NCBI GenBank assembly: GCA_041640575.1
Contig: JBEPZZ010000058.1
Coordinates: forward strand, 1-11,136
Length of the DNA stretch: 11,136 bases
Direction: 5' to 3'
DNA from: Pseudothermotoga sp.
GTDB lineage: Bacteria; Thermotogota; Thermotogae; Thermotogales; DSM-5069
Shown here: piece after piece, positions 9,676-11,136 of the stretch
Position numbering within the stretch: the first letter of the stretch is position 1
Layout of the letters: the number at the start of each line of letters is the position of its first letter
Position numbers and translations under genes: made by a program
Notes under the pieces: model-generated
What the model was told of the DNA's origin: nothing
The model's database searches: none
What the model saw: only the letters and a program-made list of their open reading frames with translations

Positions 9676-9700
9676 GCGGGCAGCCTCCCGCTCATTCTTT
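9669..9700 (+). terminator. Intrinsic terminator overlapping the permease stop codon
   Basis: TGAGCGGG-CAGCCT-CCCGCTCA 8-bp stem (extendable through G-U pairs) followed by TTCTTT. Confidence 0.75.
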
Positions 9701-10366
9701 AGAATCAAAACCTCTATGTTGCCAATTAGATGTCCCGTCATACTGCCCTTAGACTTTAGAAATTTTCCAATATCGTCACTAACGGTGGTTGAAAAATTCG
9801 GATCATAATATGAAAACTCTAATATCAAAGAAAAGCCTTCCTAAAAACTTCAGAAACAATTCGAAAGATTTAGTTTTCAAATAGGCAAATCATGATGTTA
9901 AGGTCTTATCCTTATTAGTTTGACCCTACTAGATTCATTTTTCTCTTTCGGCACCGTGTTTTTTCTAGATATGTATCTAATTTGCAGAAAAAGTTTCTTC
10001 AAAAGACTTAAGGTAAGTATTATCTTCAGCTTGCAAAAGAAGAGAAAAAAGCCCAAGAACGGCAAGGCAAAAAACTATTAAGTGTAGGCTTTTATGGGCT
10101 TCTTCTCACGATTTACTTTTCCTTGCTTCAAGCTAACGGTTTAAGCGTACCAAAATATTGTGACCGACAAGCTAGGCATCTTAGAAACATTTCAATATCT
10201 TTTTACTTACTTTCTCTGTAGGGCTTTGAATTCTTTTCTACAGTCAAACTGTACTTTTCACTTAACCTGACAAAATTTCGTAGAATAAATACAAACATTC
10301 ATTACTATATTGCTTTCTTACTTAACAAGATCGCAAAACGAGAAGTCACCGATAACGCTACTTTTA

Positions 10367-11136
10367 TCATTCTTCAAACAGTAATCTTTGATCGATCATT
10401 TCCCTCTTGTAATTTTCTCTTCCATAGAGAAATCCTTGTAGCATTTGCTTCTCTTTGCTGCCTTCTGCTAATACCTCAGATATCGCCTGTGCTACTTGCC
10501 AAAATGCATTGTCCTCCTGCTTACCCGTACCCTCTAGTACCTCCACTATCTTCTTCCTGTCATTCTGCTCCCAATACAACAAACATGCATGCAAAATGTC
10601 TATCATGTTCTTATACTCTTCCTTCTCTAATAACTTCCTTCCCCTCTCCTTCGCATCTAATAACTTTATAAACTCCTTGTCCTTCTTAATAAACCCATTT
10701 CCCCATTGCCCTGTTATATCTATCCCTACAGCCTGCCCCAACTTCTTAGCTTCATCAAAATGTACCTCACTTGCATTGTATGTCCATCCTCATAGTGTAA
10801 GAGTTCCTCCGCCACAGGATCAAATCCCCACTTTTTCATAAGTTCCTGCCTCTTTTCCTCCATGTACCTCTCTGCCTCTCTGTAAGCTTCTACGTCCTTC
10901 TCATTAGCTAATCGATATCTCTTACCTGACCTTGTTGGATGTTGCAAAACAACAGCTATCATCCTTTGCCCTGCTTTTCCTGTCTGAAATTGCTTCTTTA
11001 TTTCCTTACCACTTAAACCTGAATTACAACATGAACAAACAACCTTCGCCCTTGCAACTGTCCCTCTTTCAGGATCAAAATCTATCTCCTTTCCTTCTCT
11101 TATCTCAAAATCAATTTCGTTACCCCTCGGAATTAT
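10367..11136 (-). pseudogene. DUF1156-family (COG1743-like, Zn-ribbon-containing adenine DNA methylase) gene remnant with internal deletion and frameshift; 5' part beyond window edge
   Basis: Frame 1 is open from 11136: ...[20 protein letters not shown]...[12 protein letters not shown]...[11 protein letters not shown]...[10 protein letters not shown], stopping at 10726. Frame 2 is open 10789-10367: [22 protein letters not shown]...MIDILHACLLYWE...FWQVAQAISEVL...EKQMLQGFL. These resemble the N-proximal and extreme C-terminal parts of DUF1156 proteins, and no DPPY catalytic motif lies between them. Confidence 0.78.

Noticed and set aside
9651..9676. GTATCTAATATTCCTTAGAG resembles Thermotoga-type CRISPR repeats as I recall them
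   Set aside because: Single copy that encodes the permease C-terminus (YLIFLRE); there is no repeat-spacer periodicity and no cas gene.
9776..10330. CTAACGGT (9779, 10133) and CTTAAC (10261, 10321) as integron attC cores or a periodic array
   Set aside because: No matching GTTRRRY partner boxes at suitable spacing, no cassette ORFs and no integrase; the matches are too short.
10455..10841. Plus-strand ORFs 10455-10841 and 10489-10671
   Set aside because: Antisense shadows of the DUF1156 remnant.

Overview
Bacterial chromosomal window, most consistent with Thermotogota (inferred from the PyrH and enolase sequence style and strong GGAGG Shine-Dalgarno sites). On the left is a minus-strand four-gene operon behind a near-consensus sigma70 promoter. 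It encodes a DUF2089 Zn-ribbon/HTH regulator, a 71-aa membrane protein, a DUF4097 beta-repeat protein and a DUF2207 membrane protein that runs off the window edge and is absent from the ORF track. Diverging from it are pyrH, eno, a CDF metal transporter and a GNAT acetyltransferase. These are followed by tRNA-Ala(GGC) on the minus strand, then a DUF6512-like membrane protein, an HSL-type alpha/beta hydrolase and an NCS2 purine permease. After a ~690-bp gap with no annotatable gene, the window ends in a broken DUF1156-type DNA methylase gene that appears internally deleted and frameshifted, probably a decayed defence locus. The best candidate for an under-described system is the DUF2089/small TM/DUF4097/DUF2207 operon, in which two proteins share the same C-terminal SHOCT-like helical motif and the promoter carries a repeated operator-like motif. 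All family assignments come from motif recognition, not database searches.
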